Part shown: in pieces, positions 47,159-56,819 of the stretch
How positions within the stretch are numbered: position 1 is the first letter of the stretch
Layout: each line of letters begins with the position of its first letter
Virus record (IMG/VR): IMGVR_UViG_3300030688_000021
Origin: an uncultured virus (IMG/VR IMGVR_UViG_3300030688_000021)
Lineage: Duplodnaviria; Heunggongvirae; Uroviricota; Caudoviricetes
Strand: one strand, 5' to 3'
Length of the DNA: 64,000 nucleotides
The notes under the pieces: model-generated
Told to the model about the DNA's origin: nothing
The model's input: only the letters and a program-made list of their open reading frames with translations
Database searches by the model: none
Made by a program: the position numbers and the translations under genes

Positions 47159-47845
47159 TCATAGTAGTTCCAGTACACAAGAATTTTTTGTAAGTTTCAG
47201 AACCTTAAATTTGGACCCTTTATCCAAAAGGATTTCATTTTTCGTTCTGTTCTTTACTTCTCCGTCAAGGGGGATTGCCTTTGCCCCTTTTGGTAGCTGA
47301 ATAGTCATCCAATGAGTCAAAGAAGAACCCGTAACACTAGATTTATTTGTCGTAGTAGACATGAACCCCGCGTCACTCACCTCCCCATTTTTTGCTTGGG
47401 CGACGATCTTTGACCACGCTTCATTGTCAACGCCACGATAAACAGTCATGTCTTTCTGAAGGCTGGCCTTAGAAAAAGCATCGTCAAGAGATGAAATGGT
47501 TTGTTTCAAATGTTTTGAATTTCGGATCGGTGTCCCGGACGAGTATTTGCCTTTTTCCACGGACGTGCCATTGCGCAAATAGTCATTGATTGGATAAGAC
47601 CCGGACAGCGTGTATGTCTCCAGCGCTTGCTTATTGGATTTAGACAATTCATTTTTTGTAGTGGTTTTCTGTTCTGACGGTTTTGAGGCTTGGGTTAGCG
47701 GAGTGGTAATCTTAGATTTTGAACTTAGCCGGCCACCTGCGCCAGCTATCACTTTCCCGACTCCGTTCACCAACACATGCGAGCCTGTCATGGTGATCCA
47801 GCGCTCAGAGTCATCAGTAGTGTGGACGTGGATGTGGGTAGTCAT
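47159..47845 (-). CDS. ADP-ribosyltransferase (R-S-E clade, VIP2/C3-like)
   Basis: YT..Y.IN.YLR, VYRG, GFMSTT, NEILL..G..F. Confidence 0.85.
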   Translation of the reverse strand: MTTHIHVHTTDDSERWITMTGSHVLVNGVGKVIAGAGGRLSSKSKITTPLTQASKPSEQKTTTKNELSKSNKQALETYTLSGSYPINDYLRNGTSVEKGKYSSGTPIRNSKHLKQTISSLDDAFSKASLQKDMTVYRGVDNEAWSKIVAQAKNGEVSDAGFMSTTTNKSSVTGSSLTHWMTIQLPKGAKAIPLDGEVKNRTKNEILLDKGSKFKVLKLTKNSCVLELL

Positions 47846-48598
47846 CTACAACTCCTCTGGGATGACCGGCTCTGGGTAGCACCGGCAATTTGGGATACAG
47901 CCGGCATGCCCAGTCAACTTGTCAAGTGTTGGTGGGCTGTCCCAACGAACGAACTGCCCTGCCATTTTCTTGTGGGACGGTCTGACATCGTTATCCGATG
48001 ACGTGCGCCAGATGTAGCCCGGAGACCCGATGCCCTGGGCCCGAGCTTGCATGAGTGAGGTCTGAGTCCGTCCAGTCTCTGTCCTGGCAATTAGCGTTGC
48101 CCGACTCGCGGTGACATGGCCGGTCTCTAAAATCTCTTTGGCAACCTCTGCAGCCCGAGTAGAGTTGGTTAGTCCCTCGATCGTGAGCTTGTGCACTCGC
48201 TGCGCTGCCTCAATGGGGAGGCTGGTGATCAGGTCCACGTGCTGATCGAGAAGGCGGCGTAAACTCTGCCCACTGACTTCCTTGTCAAGCTCAGCGCGTA
48301 GAGCATTCGAAAGACCCTTGGTCTGGGCTTTCCAAGAGCGGCGGTCTTGGTGGTCGAGCTCAGCAATCAGTCGACCTGCAACAGACTCGGCCCAAGGCTT
48401 CAGCACCTCTGAATACCGCTCCAGAACCTGACTGATTTTTTCGGATGACTCAGCAGTCCCGACCGGGAAGCCCTTGACAATTCGGCCAATCTCATGGGCG
48501 ACCCGCCTCAACTCTCGCGCGTAACGCAGCTCCAAGCCCTTCGCGCGTTGGAAGTCGGCTCGTTGAGTCTTGGCGTCGTGAGTTGGGCGGAGGGGCAT
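47846..48598 (-). CDS. MuF/SPP1 gp7-like head morphogenesis protein
   Basis: LIARTE, YIWRT..D..VRPSH, NCRC.PEP. Confidence 0.93.
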   Translation of the reverse strand: MPLRPTHDAKTQRADFQRAKGLELRYARELRRVAHEIGRIVKGFPVGTAESSEKISQVLERYSEVLKPWAESVAGRLIAELDHQDRRSWKAQTKGLSNALRAELDKEVSGQSLRRLLDQHVDLITSLPIEAAQRVHKLTIEGLTNSTRAAEVAKEILETGHVTASRATLIARTETGRTQTSLMQARAQGIGSPGYIWRTSSDNDVRPSHKKMAGQFVRWDSPPTLDKLTGHAGCIPNCRCYPEPVIPEEL

Positions 48599-48601
48599 GG
48601 G

Positions 48602-49090
48602 TTAGTCCTTGTACACGTCGCCGCGCTTGGTGACCTGAATACGCTTCGGCGTGCTTGACGAGATTTCATCTTCATCGTCAATCTCGTAGATCTTGGTATC
48701 CTCGCCACCAGGCAACTCATTACCAGGGCGGGCGGCCATCTCATACCGCTCGCCTTTGAAGTTAAGCGGGTTTGGCCAGTTGGAGGAAGCGGTTCCAAGG
48801 CGAGGGTCGACGTCCTTCGTGATCTTCATGATGGCGTCACGGGCGCGGGTCAGGGCGCAGGGAGCGGAGTCCCACATTTCATTCTTGGTGCGGTTCGCCT
48901 TCAGATATTCCTCAGCTTTTTGCTTGCCCTCGGGCGTGCGAGGGAACCGCTTAACAGTTCGACCACTGTCGCTCACGATGACCCAATTATTTCCGGTATC
49001 AATAACCTCAGGACCGCTGTCCTTCGTCCCACCAATCTGCCCCATCGCGTCACGGATACGAGAGTAGGCATCTTTGTTCTGAGTCATCAC
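48602..49090 (-). CDS. Hypothetical protein, probable internal head protein
   Basis: Between portal and MuF; repeated xxD(A/S) motifs. Confidence 0.7.
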   Translation of the reverse strand: MMTQNKDAYSRIRDAMGQIGGTKDSGPEVIDTGNNWVIVSDSGRTVKRFPRTPEGKQKAEEYLKANRTKNEMWDSAPCALTRARDAIMKITKDVDPRLGTASSNWPNPLNFKGERYEMAARPGNELPGGEDTKIYEIDDEDEISSSTPKRIQVTKRGDVYKD

Positions 49091-49092
49091 AT

Positions 49093-50997
49093 TCACTCCG
49101 AGGTCTTGACGGTTAACGGCTTTGCCCAATCATCGGACTTTAGCCAATCTTTGAACTGTTTGAGGGTTAGCACCTTCACGCCCATGATCCGGTCTTGGCC
49201 CTTGCCGTCGTGGTAGCTGGCGCAGTAGTCACGGATCGCAGAGCTTTGGTTAAAATAGCCGAGCATACACTTGTGCTCGTCGAACTCGCCGGTGCTCAGG
49301 TTGGCCTGGTCGATCACGTAGACCCTCTGGCTGTGGCGAAGAGGACCGACGAAGACATCCATACCTTCATCAGGGCCCTCAGCTGAACCGGTGCCTTCGA
49401 CATAGCCGTAGTCGGCCGCCATCTTGGCATGCCAAGAACCGTCTCGAGCCTTACGAACCTCACCCTTGCCCGTCTCAATGACGAGAGGGAGCCCCTGGTA
49501 GTCGAGCTTAGTCATAGGCCTCGGCGCTTCGCCGTCATCTGGCATCGCCTCGTCCTTGATGCTACCGAGGTGACGCTGAGCTTCCTGGATCCCAACAGGT
49601 TGCCCAGCGTCACCGGCACCTTCCTCCTCGCTGCCCATGGCCTGTTCAGCGTTCGGAGGAGGAGCACCCTTAGCAGCTGTGATGTCCTCATCGGTGATGT
49701 TCGTCCAAATGCCGGTCTGGCGTGACGACTGCCGCAGCTCTTTGAGAGCCACGTCCTGAGTGACAAGACCAGACTCCCAAGCGCTTTGGACCGTGGTCGT
49801 GACACCGGAAGCAACGTCTGCCTTCTCTTTGTCATTCGGCACCTTGAGGGAGCGGAAGGTGAAGGTCATGTCAGCAGGCGGGTCAATCCCAAGCTCTGAG
49901 CGGCACAGCAGGTCGAGGATCACGCCCATGGGTTGACGCAGGCGGGTATCCTGCTTACGACGGATCGACTCGTAATAGTTAGTCAAATCGGTCTCACCAG
50001 TGCTGAAACCAGCGGGTGACTGGCCAAACAGACGAACTAGGGGCACCTCAACTGCGCCGGAGATCTGTTCACCCATCTGCATGAGCACGTCACTCAGACC
50101 GGCGAAGGTGTAGGTCTCAGAGCTGAATTCATCTTCGGCGTCCAAAAGAGTGATGCTCTCGTTGGACTGCATGGACCTCATCATGTCCATCTGTTTGAGT
50201 AGGCCGTTGAGGGCAGGACCACCCATCGCCACGGTCTCGCGCAGTGACTTGACCTTCAGGGTTCGTAGGTGGGCGCGGTAAACCAACTGCGCGGCGCCAA
50301 GCGTCGTAGAGTCAAAGGCGACGAGCCGGTCGTAAATGCGCTCGACCACGCTCTCACCCCAAAGCATCTCACCGAGCTTCTGGAAGTAGGGCAGGTCAAG
50401 GCCCTCGAAGCGGATGACGCGGCTGTAATGGATCTTCTCACGAGGAAGACCTGGAGCGTCGGCCACAACATTGTAGAACTTGGGCTTACCCAGATGAGGG
50501 CCGTAATCCGTGACCAGGTCGTTGACGTCGGCTTGAACCATCCACCGGTCAAGAACCAACATGCCTTTGAACTGACCCTTCTTGATGCTGTCAGTGCGAA
50601 GGGGCTCGGCCATGCTCTGGTTTTCGATGAGGAAGACACCGATCGCGCCGCCAAACAGCCGAGACCAACGAATTGTGTTGGCAACGCCGTCCCACACTTT
50701 CTCCATCAGCGCCGACTGAAGCAATTCGATCTGGTCCGGCGGAAGTTGGGCCTGGATGTCGATACCCGCGCGGGTCATGTCTTCGGCTGGGGCATCCACC
50801 GCTTGGCCAATCAACCATGAACCACGGTACATCGCTTCGAGTTGCTGGCGATTGCGGGTGACGTAGTTGAAGCTATAGTTGGCCTGAGACGCCAAGTTGT
50901 CAGCCCCAAGACCCACGCGAGCTTGGAAGTTGGTGAACCCATCGCGCGTCTTGGTCCCAGCACCGCGCCCTCGGTTCCTGATGGTTTTCCTGCTCAT
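49093..50997 (-). CDS. Portal protein (DUF1073-like) with C-terminal inorganic-pyrophosphatase-like domain
   Basis: MYRGSW..VD..AEDMTR.G, PLVRLFGQSP.G, NYY; C-terminal DYGY..T..D.MDVFVG, FDEHKCMLG. Confidence 0.92.
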   Translation of the reverse strand: MSRKTIRNRGRGAGTKTRDGFTNFQARVGLGADNLASQANYSFNYVTRNRQQLEAMYRGSWLIGQAVDAPAEDMTRAGIDIQAQLPPDQIELLQSALMEKVWDGVANTIRWSRLFGGAIGVFLIENQSMAEPLRTDSIKKGQFKGMLVLDRWMVQADVNDLVTDYGPHLGKPKFYNVVADAPGLPREKIHYSRVIRFEGLDLPYFQKLGEMLWGESVVERIYDRLVAFDSTTLGAAQLVYRAHLRTLKVKSLRETVAMGGPALNGLLKQMDMMRSMQSNESITLLDAEDEFSSETYTFAGLSDVLMQMGEQISGAVEVPLVRLFGQSPAGFSTGETDLTNYYESIRRKQDTRLRQPMGVILDLLCRSELGIDPPADMTFTFRSLKVPNDKEKADVASGVTTTVQSAWESGLVTQDVALKELRQSSRQTGIWTNITDEDITAAKGAPPPNAEQAMGSEEEGAGDAGQPVGIQEAQRHLGSIKDEAMPDDGEAPRPMTKLDYQGLPLVIETGKGEVRKARDGSWHAKMAADYGYVEGTGSAEGPDEGMDVFVGPLRHSQRVYVIDQANLSTGEFDEHKCMLGYFNQSSAIRDYCASYHDGKGQDRIMGVKVLTLKQFKDWLKSDDWAKPLTVKTSE

Positions 50998-52232
50998 TAC
51001 GCCATAGCTCCGAGTTTGGCGAACACGCCGACCGTGCTGCTGCGGCGGATATAACCGTCCAAAGCGTAGCGCAGGGCGTCCCACAGATGGTTGTTGGCAT
51101 CGACGATCACGGGCAATACGTCACCGGTGTTCTGATCGACCTTGTACTTATACAGCGCGGCTTCCATAGTGAAGTGTTTGCAGCGCGGGTGGATAACGAT
51201 CTTCGTGAAGCCCTTGAGGTGGGCAATGCCGTCCTCAATCGATCCAGGCCATTTGTCAGCGGGAGCAATGTTGAAGCCCTGGCGACGAACGTAGCTGATG
51301 GTCTCAGGCCTCGCGTTATCGGCCTTGACTGGCCACTCTCTGGATTTCGGCACGGAGTCGAAGAAACCAGGGAGTTGCTCGAACTCTACCCCGCGGCCAT
51401 AGGCCTCATGGGTGACGTAAAGCGTGTTGTCCTGGATGTAGCACCGAACCATGACGGTCGGGTCTTGGGAAAAGCCCCAGTCCACCCCGTAGTAAGGTCT
51501 GACATCTTCAGGCTCAGAGAAATCATCGACGATGTAACGGCCTTTGAAGATGACAGCATCGCTGATCGTCCGGCAGTTGCCGTTCCAAACCCAGTCATAG
51601 GCGTCGGGGTCCTTGGCCAACATATCCAGTCGCTCGTCATTGAGTACCTCAGGAAACCATGGGTTCCCATCGAAGTTGACCTTGACGACGAGGGCGTTCT
51701 TCGGCGGGTTTATTACGAAGCGCTTCCAGGTCGAGGACTCAGAGTCATCGGGGTTAAAGGTCACCCAGATTTCCGAGTATTCCTTGCGGATGGTGGGGAT
51801 CAGGATCTGCCAGGACTCGGCGGATACCGACTGGGCTTCTTCGACCCAGCAGACGTCGATGCCCTCAGTCGACTTAATTTCATTGATGTTGCGGCGAAGG
51901 CCTTTGAACAGGAACTCAGACCCAGTCAACGGGCAAAGAATACTGTTCTTCGTGATGACGAAAAAAGAACTGAGGCCCAAGGCCTCAATCTGGTCGCTCA
52001 ACAGTTTGTGGACTGAGTCCGCGATGGACGTTTGAAATTCACGGACGCAGAGCACTCGGACCTTGCTGGTGTACGCGAGGCTGATCAGCACCCGCGCGAT
52101 GGTCCAGGACTTGGAGGAACCACGCCCACCGTAGAACACCTTGTAGCGGTGGTTCCGGTAGAGACCACGAAAGGCGCCTGGTACGTCGAGACCAATGTCT
52201 GGTTTTTTCTCGATGCAGGCGAGGGTCGTCAT
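50997..52232 (-). CDS. terL: Terminase large subunit (PBSX-type)
   Basis: YGGRGSSKS, WVEEAQ, TFNP, GVDWGF, ADNARPE, NHLWDALRY. Confidence 0.97.
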   Translation of the reverse strand: MTTLACIEKKPDIGLDVPGAFRGLYRNHRYKVFYGGRGSSKSWTIARVLISLAYTSKVRVLCVREFQTSIADSVHKLLSDQIEALGLSSFFVITKNSILCPLTGSEFLFKGLRRNINEIKSTEGIDVCWVEEAQSVSAESWQILIPTIRKEYSEIWVTFNPDDSESSTWKRFVINPPKNALVVKVNFDGNPWFPEVLNDERLDMLAKDPDAYDWVWNGNCRTISDAVIFKGRYIVDDFSEPEDVRPYYGVDWGFSQDPTVMVRCYIQDNTLYVTHEAYGRGVEFEQLPGFFDSVPKSREWPVKADNARPETISYVRRQGFNIAPADKWPGSIEDGIAHLKGFTKIVIHPRCKHFTMEAALYKYKVDQNTGDVLPVIVDANNHLWDALRYALDGYIRRSSTVGVFAKLGAMA

Positions 52233-52594
52233 TTCTTCTCAGAGGCCTCGACGAAGTTGACCACAAGCTTGGGAAGCATGGCGGCCATCTCAGCGGGAGA
52301 CCCGTGCATGAAGGCGCCCTCAATGGCGACGGGGAGCTTGCGGTGCATGTAAGGCATCAGGAGCTCGGCGGCCCAGCGCTTCTCGACCATGGGGGCGTCC
52401 TTGTCTCGCAGCACTGAAGCGGCAAATTCCAAGGGCGTGATGCCACCGGCCTTAACTGCCAGCGCTTGGCGCTGAGCGTCGGTCAGGCGGTTCTCCTTAT
52501 GGAGCCCAGGTCCACCACGAGGACCCTGGGGCCGAACGCCTCGTAGCGTCACGGCGGGCATGTGGTCTACAGGTTCACGCTTTTTCCCGGCCAT
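52229..52594 (-). CDS. terS: Terminase small subunit
   Basis: TPLEF, AA..L.PY.H.K; directly upstream of terL. Confidence 0.8.
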   Translation of the reverse strand: MAGKKREPVDHMPAVTLRGVRPQGPRGGPGLHKENRLTDAQRQALAVKAGGITPLEFAASVLRDKDAPMVEKRWAAELLMPYMHRKLPVAIEGAFMHGSPAEMAAMLPKLVVNFVEASEKK

Positions 52595-53016
52595 GTGGTC
52601 TCCTTGTGGTTTGAGAATGCCCTGAAGTCTCCACTATACCACGAATTGATATCGTCTGTAAACACGATTGTTGGACGGCCGGAAGCCCTTCCCTGCCCGG
52701 TTCTGGCTTAGTTTTGTGAAAATAGCTCTGTGGTTCATGTGGCCGGTCCTCTTTCATGGCGGTGAATTTGGGAGCGCCAGGGCCAAGCCCAAAGAATTGT
52801 GGTCTTTGACCACAAAACTAAGCTGCTACAAGCTACAGGGTTTCTCTATTTTCCTAGAAAAGGAAAGTAAAGATGGTAATTTAGATAGATATAACCGTCC
52901 TTAGTAGGGTAATCTTAGAAGTACAAAGTGCTTGCTGTAGCGCACCGTGCACCGGGCTCAGCCCAAAGCCCCACAATCTTAAAAACTTCATACCATTGCC
53001 GCCAAGAATTTTTCAG

Positions 53017-53045
53017 TTTACCCTGCCGAGAACCCATGATAGTAT
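53017..53045 (+). promoter_or_regulatory. Sigma70-type promoter
   Basis: TTTACC 53017, 17 bp, TAGTAT 53040. Confidence 0.6.
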
Positions 53046-53073
53046 CCTATTAATCACATGGAGAATTGGTCAT

Positions 53074-53646
53074 ATGCCACACGGTCGTTGTAAACCCCCA
53101 GAAAATGTTCTGGCCAAAGCAAGAATGGCTAGGCATAACAAAAAGAACGGTTTTGTATCCAAAGACCAACCATTGGTCCAGCCGTTCTTCAACTTCGACG
53201 ATCTTGGTGCATTCCCAATAGAAACTGAGTCTGCAGCTAAAATACTAAACGATTATTTTGCGGGTCTTAGCGGAAGCCCTGATCCCGCCATCCGAACTGT
53301 GGTCGAGGCGTTTAGATACTTGGCATCTGAACTGGTCGAGACTCGCCTTACGCTACTGGCGGTGGCCAGAAAAAAGTCCACAAACACCGGCGTCTCTGAA
53401 ATGTGGGCTCGTCGCCGAGACGCCGAGATCTTCAAGATTAATTCCTCCACAAAAGGGCGCTTCGAGCTACAAGGTTGGAAGGCCTTGCTTGAATATACCG
53501 GGCTCCAAGAAAAGTACTTGCGAAACAAGTTTTGTAACGGCAAGGGCGTCTTTCAACCGACAATCTTCCGTGGCAAAGATTGCACCGAACCCGAGCGGAT
53601 GCGGATTGAGCGGCCCAGTCAGGTTAAGCCCAAGAAGGCTCTCTAA
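53074..53646 (+). CDS. Hypothetical basic protein, lower GC
   Basis: RBS ggag before ATG 53074. Confidence 0.7.
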   Translation: MPHGRCKPPENVLAKARMARHNKKNGFVSKDQPLVQPFFNFDDLGAFPIETESAAKILNDYFAGLSGSPDPAIRTVVEAFRYLASELVETRLTLLAVARKKSTNTGVSEMWARRRDAEIFKINSSTKGRFELQGWKALLEYTGLQEKYLRNKFCNGKGVFQPTIFRGKDCTEPERMRIERPSQVKPKKAL

Positions 53647-53689
53647 ATTTCTGTGTACATAGACCTTCTCTTAAGGCCTTATCTACCCT

Positions 53690-53826
53690 TGCCGGCGGGC
53701 CCCACGTTGCTCGTCACCAGGTTGCAGTACCTGGCCTCGGCACCGTTCTCCTCAGCAAGGAACGCGGAGCCCGTCGGCACCTAAGACAGAGCTGAGGCTG
53801 TCAAGGGCGGCTGAGCTGAGCAGCCG
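53690..53826 (+). ncRNA. Candidate structured RNA/leader upstream of primase
   Basis: Closing stem 53690-53700/53769-53779, internal hairpins, CTCCTCAGC at 53748-53756, two hairpins with AGCTGAG(G) loops. Confidence 0.6.
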
Positions 53827-53848
53827 AACTCGAGAACGGAATGATCAT

Positions 53849-55954
53849 ATGCCCCCACGTAAACGCTCTACCGCTACACCTGCCGCCTCGTCTGAGGCCT
53901 ATCGTCTGGCCTTGTTGAAGCTTGAGACCTCAGGCCTTGACCATGACGACTTTCGTCTGTTGAAGCTAGAAGCCATCGAAAACTCTACGACCTGCTTCGC
54001 TCACTTCAATCCTGTAGCTGGGCTGAAGATCCCGTACCTTGACCCATGGGACCCCACAAAGCAGCTTTCGTTCCTCCCTAAGTGGCCGGTGTTCTATCGC
54101 CTCAGGTATCTGAAGGATCACGTGGGCTTCGAACAGGCCGGCGGCGGTAAGGTGACCAGGTACGTCCAAGAGCCGAACACCGGGGTCTGCGCCTATTTTC
54201 CCCAGAACGCCACCAGGCCTTGGGCCGAAGTCCTTAGTGATTGGCGAGAACCTCTCTTGATCACTGAGGGTGAGCTCAAGGCGGCCAAGGCCTGTCGAGA
54301 GGGATTTGCCACCATCGGTCTTGGTGGTGTGTTCAACTTCCGCTCCACAAAGGAAGGCGTGCCTTTCATCCGAGAGCTTGAGCGCGTGGTTTGGGCCAGA
54401 CGAGCGGTGTACCTCGTCTTTGACTCTGACTTCCGCAACAACGAGCACGTCGTGCAAGCCATTAACATGCTGGCCGAAGAGCTCATGGATCGTGGGGCTC
54501 TGCCCTTCTACGTTGCCCTCCCAGATGTGTACGAGGAGGAAGACAAAAAGACCGGTCTTGACGACTTCCTCATGGCCAACTCAAAGGCAGACCTTGCGCT
54601 GCTGCTTCACCAGGCTCAACCAATGACCATGGCCAAGGGCCTTTGGGCGTTGAACCAGCAGGTCGTCTACGTCCGAGACCCTGGCATGGTGGTCGTTAAG
54701 AAGACTGGCCAAAAAACCTCGCCCGACGCCTTTAAGAACCATTCATACTCGACCCAAACCTGCCACGAGTACACGTTCGGCCCCGATGGCAGTCCTAAGC
54801 TGACGAAGAAGTCGGCGTCGGCCAGTTGGCTCAAGTGGGAGTTCCGCGAAGAGGCGATTAAGCTGACCTACGCCCCAGGCAGGGAGATGTTCTGCCAGAA
54901 TGAGCACGACGACCGCTGCTACAATACCTGGAAGGGTTGGGGCTGTGAGCCTAAGAAAGGGGACGTGAAGCCCTTCCTTAAGCTCGTTGACCACCTGTTC
55001 ACAGGAGCTGAGACCGAGCTGAAACGCCATTTCCTACGGTGGCTGGCCTATCCTTTGAAGTACCCGGGAATTAAGATGTTCAGCAGCTTCGTCATCCATG
55101 GCAAGGTGCATGGAACCGGCAAGTCCTTGTTGGGTGCCACGATGAGGAAGATCTACGGCACGAATTTTGCGAAGATCAATCAGAAGGACCTTGAGCGTGA
55201 CTACAACGACTGGGCCGAGAACAAGCAGTTTGTGCTAGGCGAAGAGATCACTGGCTCAAACAAGCGGAGCGAGGCTGACGCCCTCAAGGACCTGATCACC
55301 CAGACCGAGATGCGGGTCAATGGGAAATACGTGCCGATCTATACGATCCCAGACGTCATCAACTACCTGTACACCTCCAACCATCCTGACGCGTTCTTCC
55401 TTGAAGACGACGACCGACGCTTCAACGTCCACGAGGTTATCGTCGGCCCCATGGGCGAGGAATTCTACATCGACTATATGATGTGGCTGGATGGCGAGGG
55501 TCCTGGGGCTCTGTTCGATTATTTCATGAAGCTGGACCTCGGTGACTTCAACCCGACAGCTCCGGCCTTCAAGTCCGCCGCTAAAGAGCGTATGATCATG
55601 GACGGGAAGTCAGACCTTGGGGCTTGGGTCCACGAGCTCTTGGCCGACCCTGACAGCCTGTTGCGGGTTGGAGAGATCAAGCTTACCAAGGATCTGTACA
55701 CCAACAAAGAGCTGCTTGACCTCTATGACCCGCTGGGGAAGACGAAGGTCTCAGCTCAAGGCATGGGGAACAACCTGAAGAAGGCTGGAGCTAGGCAGAT
55801 CCTTGACGGAAAGCCAATCAGGGTCGGAGACGTGCAAGACCGGTTCTACGCAGTTCGGAACGTAGGTCGCTGGGCTGAGGCCACGGCTGCCGAGGTCAAG
55901 GCTCACTTAGCGCCAACGGCCGGGGGCAAGGCTGGGAAGAAAGGGAAGTACTGA
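53849..55954 (+). CDS. Primase-helicase (Toprim DUF3854-like plus SF3-type NTPase)
   Basis: ITEGELKA, FDSD, GLDDFL; GKVHGTGKS, GEE, TSN, DDRR. Confidence 0.92.
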   Translation: MPPRKRSTATPAASSEAYRLALLKLETSGLDHDDFRLLKLEAIENSTTCFAHFNPVAGLKIPYLDPWDPTKQLSFLPKWPVFYRLRYLKDHVGFEQAGGGKVTRYVQEPNTGVCAYFPQNATRPWAEVLSDWREPLLITEGELKAAKACREGFATIGLGGVFNFRSTKEGVPFIRELERVVWARRAVYLVFDSDFRNNEHVVQAINMLAEELMDRGALPFYVALPDVYEEEDKKTGLDDFLMANSKADLALLLHQAQPMTMAKGLWALNQQVVYVRDPGMVVVKKTGQKTSPDAFKNHSYSTQTCHEYTFGPDGSPKLTKKSASASWLKWEFREEAIKLTYAPGREMFCQNEHDDRCYNTWKGWGCEPKKGDVKPFLKLVDHLFTGAETELKRHFLRWLAYPLKYPGIKMFSSFVIHGKVHGTGKSLLGATMRKIYGTNFAKINQKDLERDYNDWAENKQFVLGEEITGSNKRSEADALKDLITQTEMRVNGKYVPIYTIPDVINYLYTSNHPDAFFLEDDDRRFNVHEVIVGPMGEEFYIDYMMWLDGEGPGALFDYFMKLDLGDFNPTAPAFKSAAKERMIMDGKSDLGAWVHELLADPDSLLRVGEIKLTKDLYTNKELLDLYDPLGKTKVSAQGMGNNLKKAGARQILDGKPIRVGDVQDRFYAVRNVGRWAEATAAEVKAHLAPTAGGKAGKKGKY

Positions 55955-56370
55955 GATGATGACGTTCGACGAGGTGGTGGCTGTCGTGGCGATTGTAATA
56001 GCCGTGATGGTCGTGGTGATAGGCAGCTTCAGTGACTTGGCGGACCAGAAAGCCTGTGGCTCTATTGGGGCTGGGATCTACGCCATTGGCCACGCTCGCG
56101 TGTGTCTGTTACCGGACGGTAGTCTGAAAGCTGTGCCGTAAGCGTTTATCTGTTTAGGAGATGTGTGATGAGCGACCTTTATCATAACGGTCTACTTGTA
56201 GGCTCGATAAACCTCACCGAGGAATGGCAGTCGGATATGCGGCTTCAGAATGGGCTGCTGCGTCTGACCGTGGGCCAGGCTAAGATCACGCTGCGGCAGT
56301 TTGGCCACTCGGTCATGGTTGTCTCTGGCGAGCCGAAGCAGTTGCGGTGCCTACCTGAGGTTCGGTTGTT

Positions 56371-56811
56371 ATGAACGACATCAACTGGAACGACCACCCT
56401 GCTGCCGTTCAGGCGAAGATCTTCGTTACGAACCAGAATGCTTGTCTGAGTTGGATAGCTAGAGCCCCACAAAGAATTTTGGCGCCCTTAGGTGGTCTAT
56501 GGCAGTTAGATCCTGGTTCGCGATACGCGCTGGAAGCCAGAAACGCTTACGGCAAATTAGTGTTGATTGGCACCGAGTTCCCTAACCTCCTTGGAGGACT
56601 TGAGCTAGAGCAGGTCGGGCCTACGAAGGTGGCTTTAAATCTGAAGCTTGGTGTTTACCGAGATCGCCGTCCGTCGTTTTCAATGCTCCACCTGATTATC
56701 CCATGCCGCCAAGAGCACGGCCACGTCAAGGTGAAGGTGTCAATGCCGCACGGCGTGATACTGATTGAACCTGAGCCCTTGTCCGAGGCTTGCTGGTACC
56801 AGGAAGCGTAA
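56371..56811 (+). CDS. Hypothetical protein
   Basis: Coupled ORF in operon. Confidence 0.55.
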   Translation: MNDINWNDHPAAVQAKIFVTNQNACLSWIARAPQRILAPLGGLWQLDPGSRYALEARNAYGKLVLIGTEFPNLLGGLELEQVGPTKVALNLKLGVYRDRRPSFSMLHLIIPCRQEHGHVKVKVSMPHGVILIEPEPLSEACWYQEA

Positions 56812-56819
56812 AATAGCTA

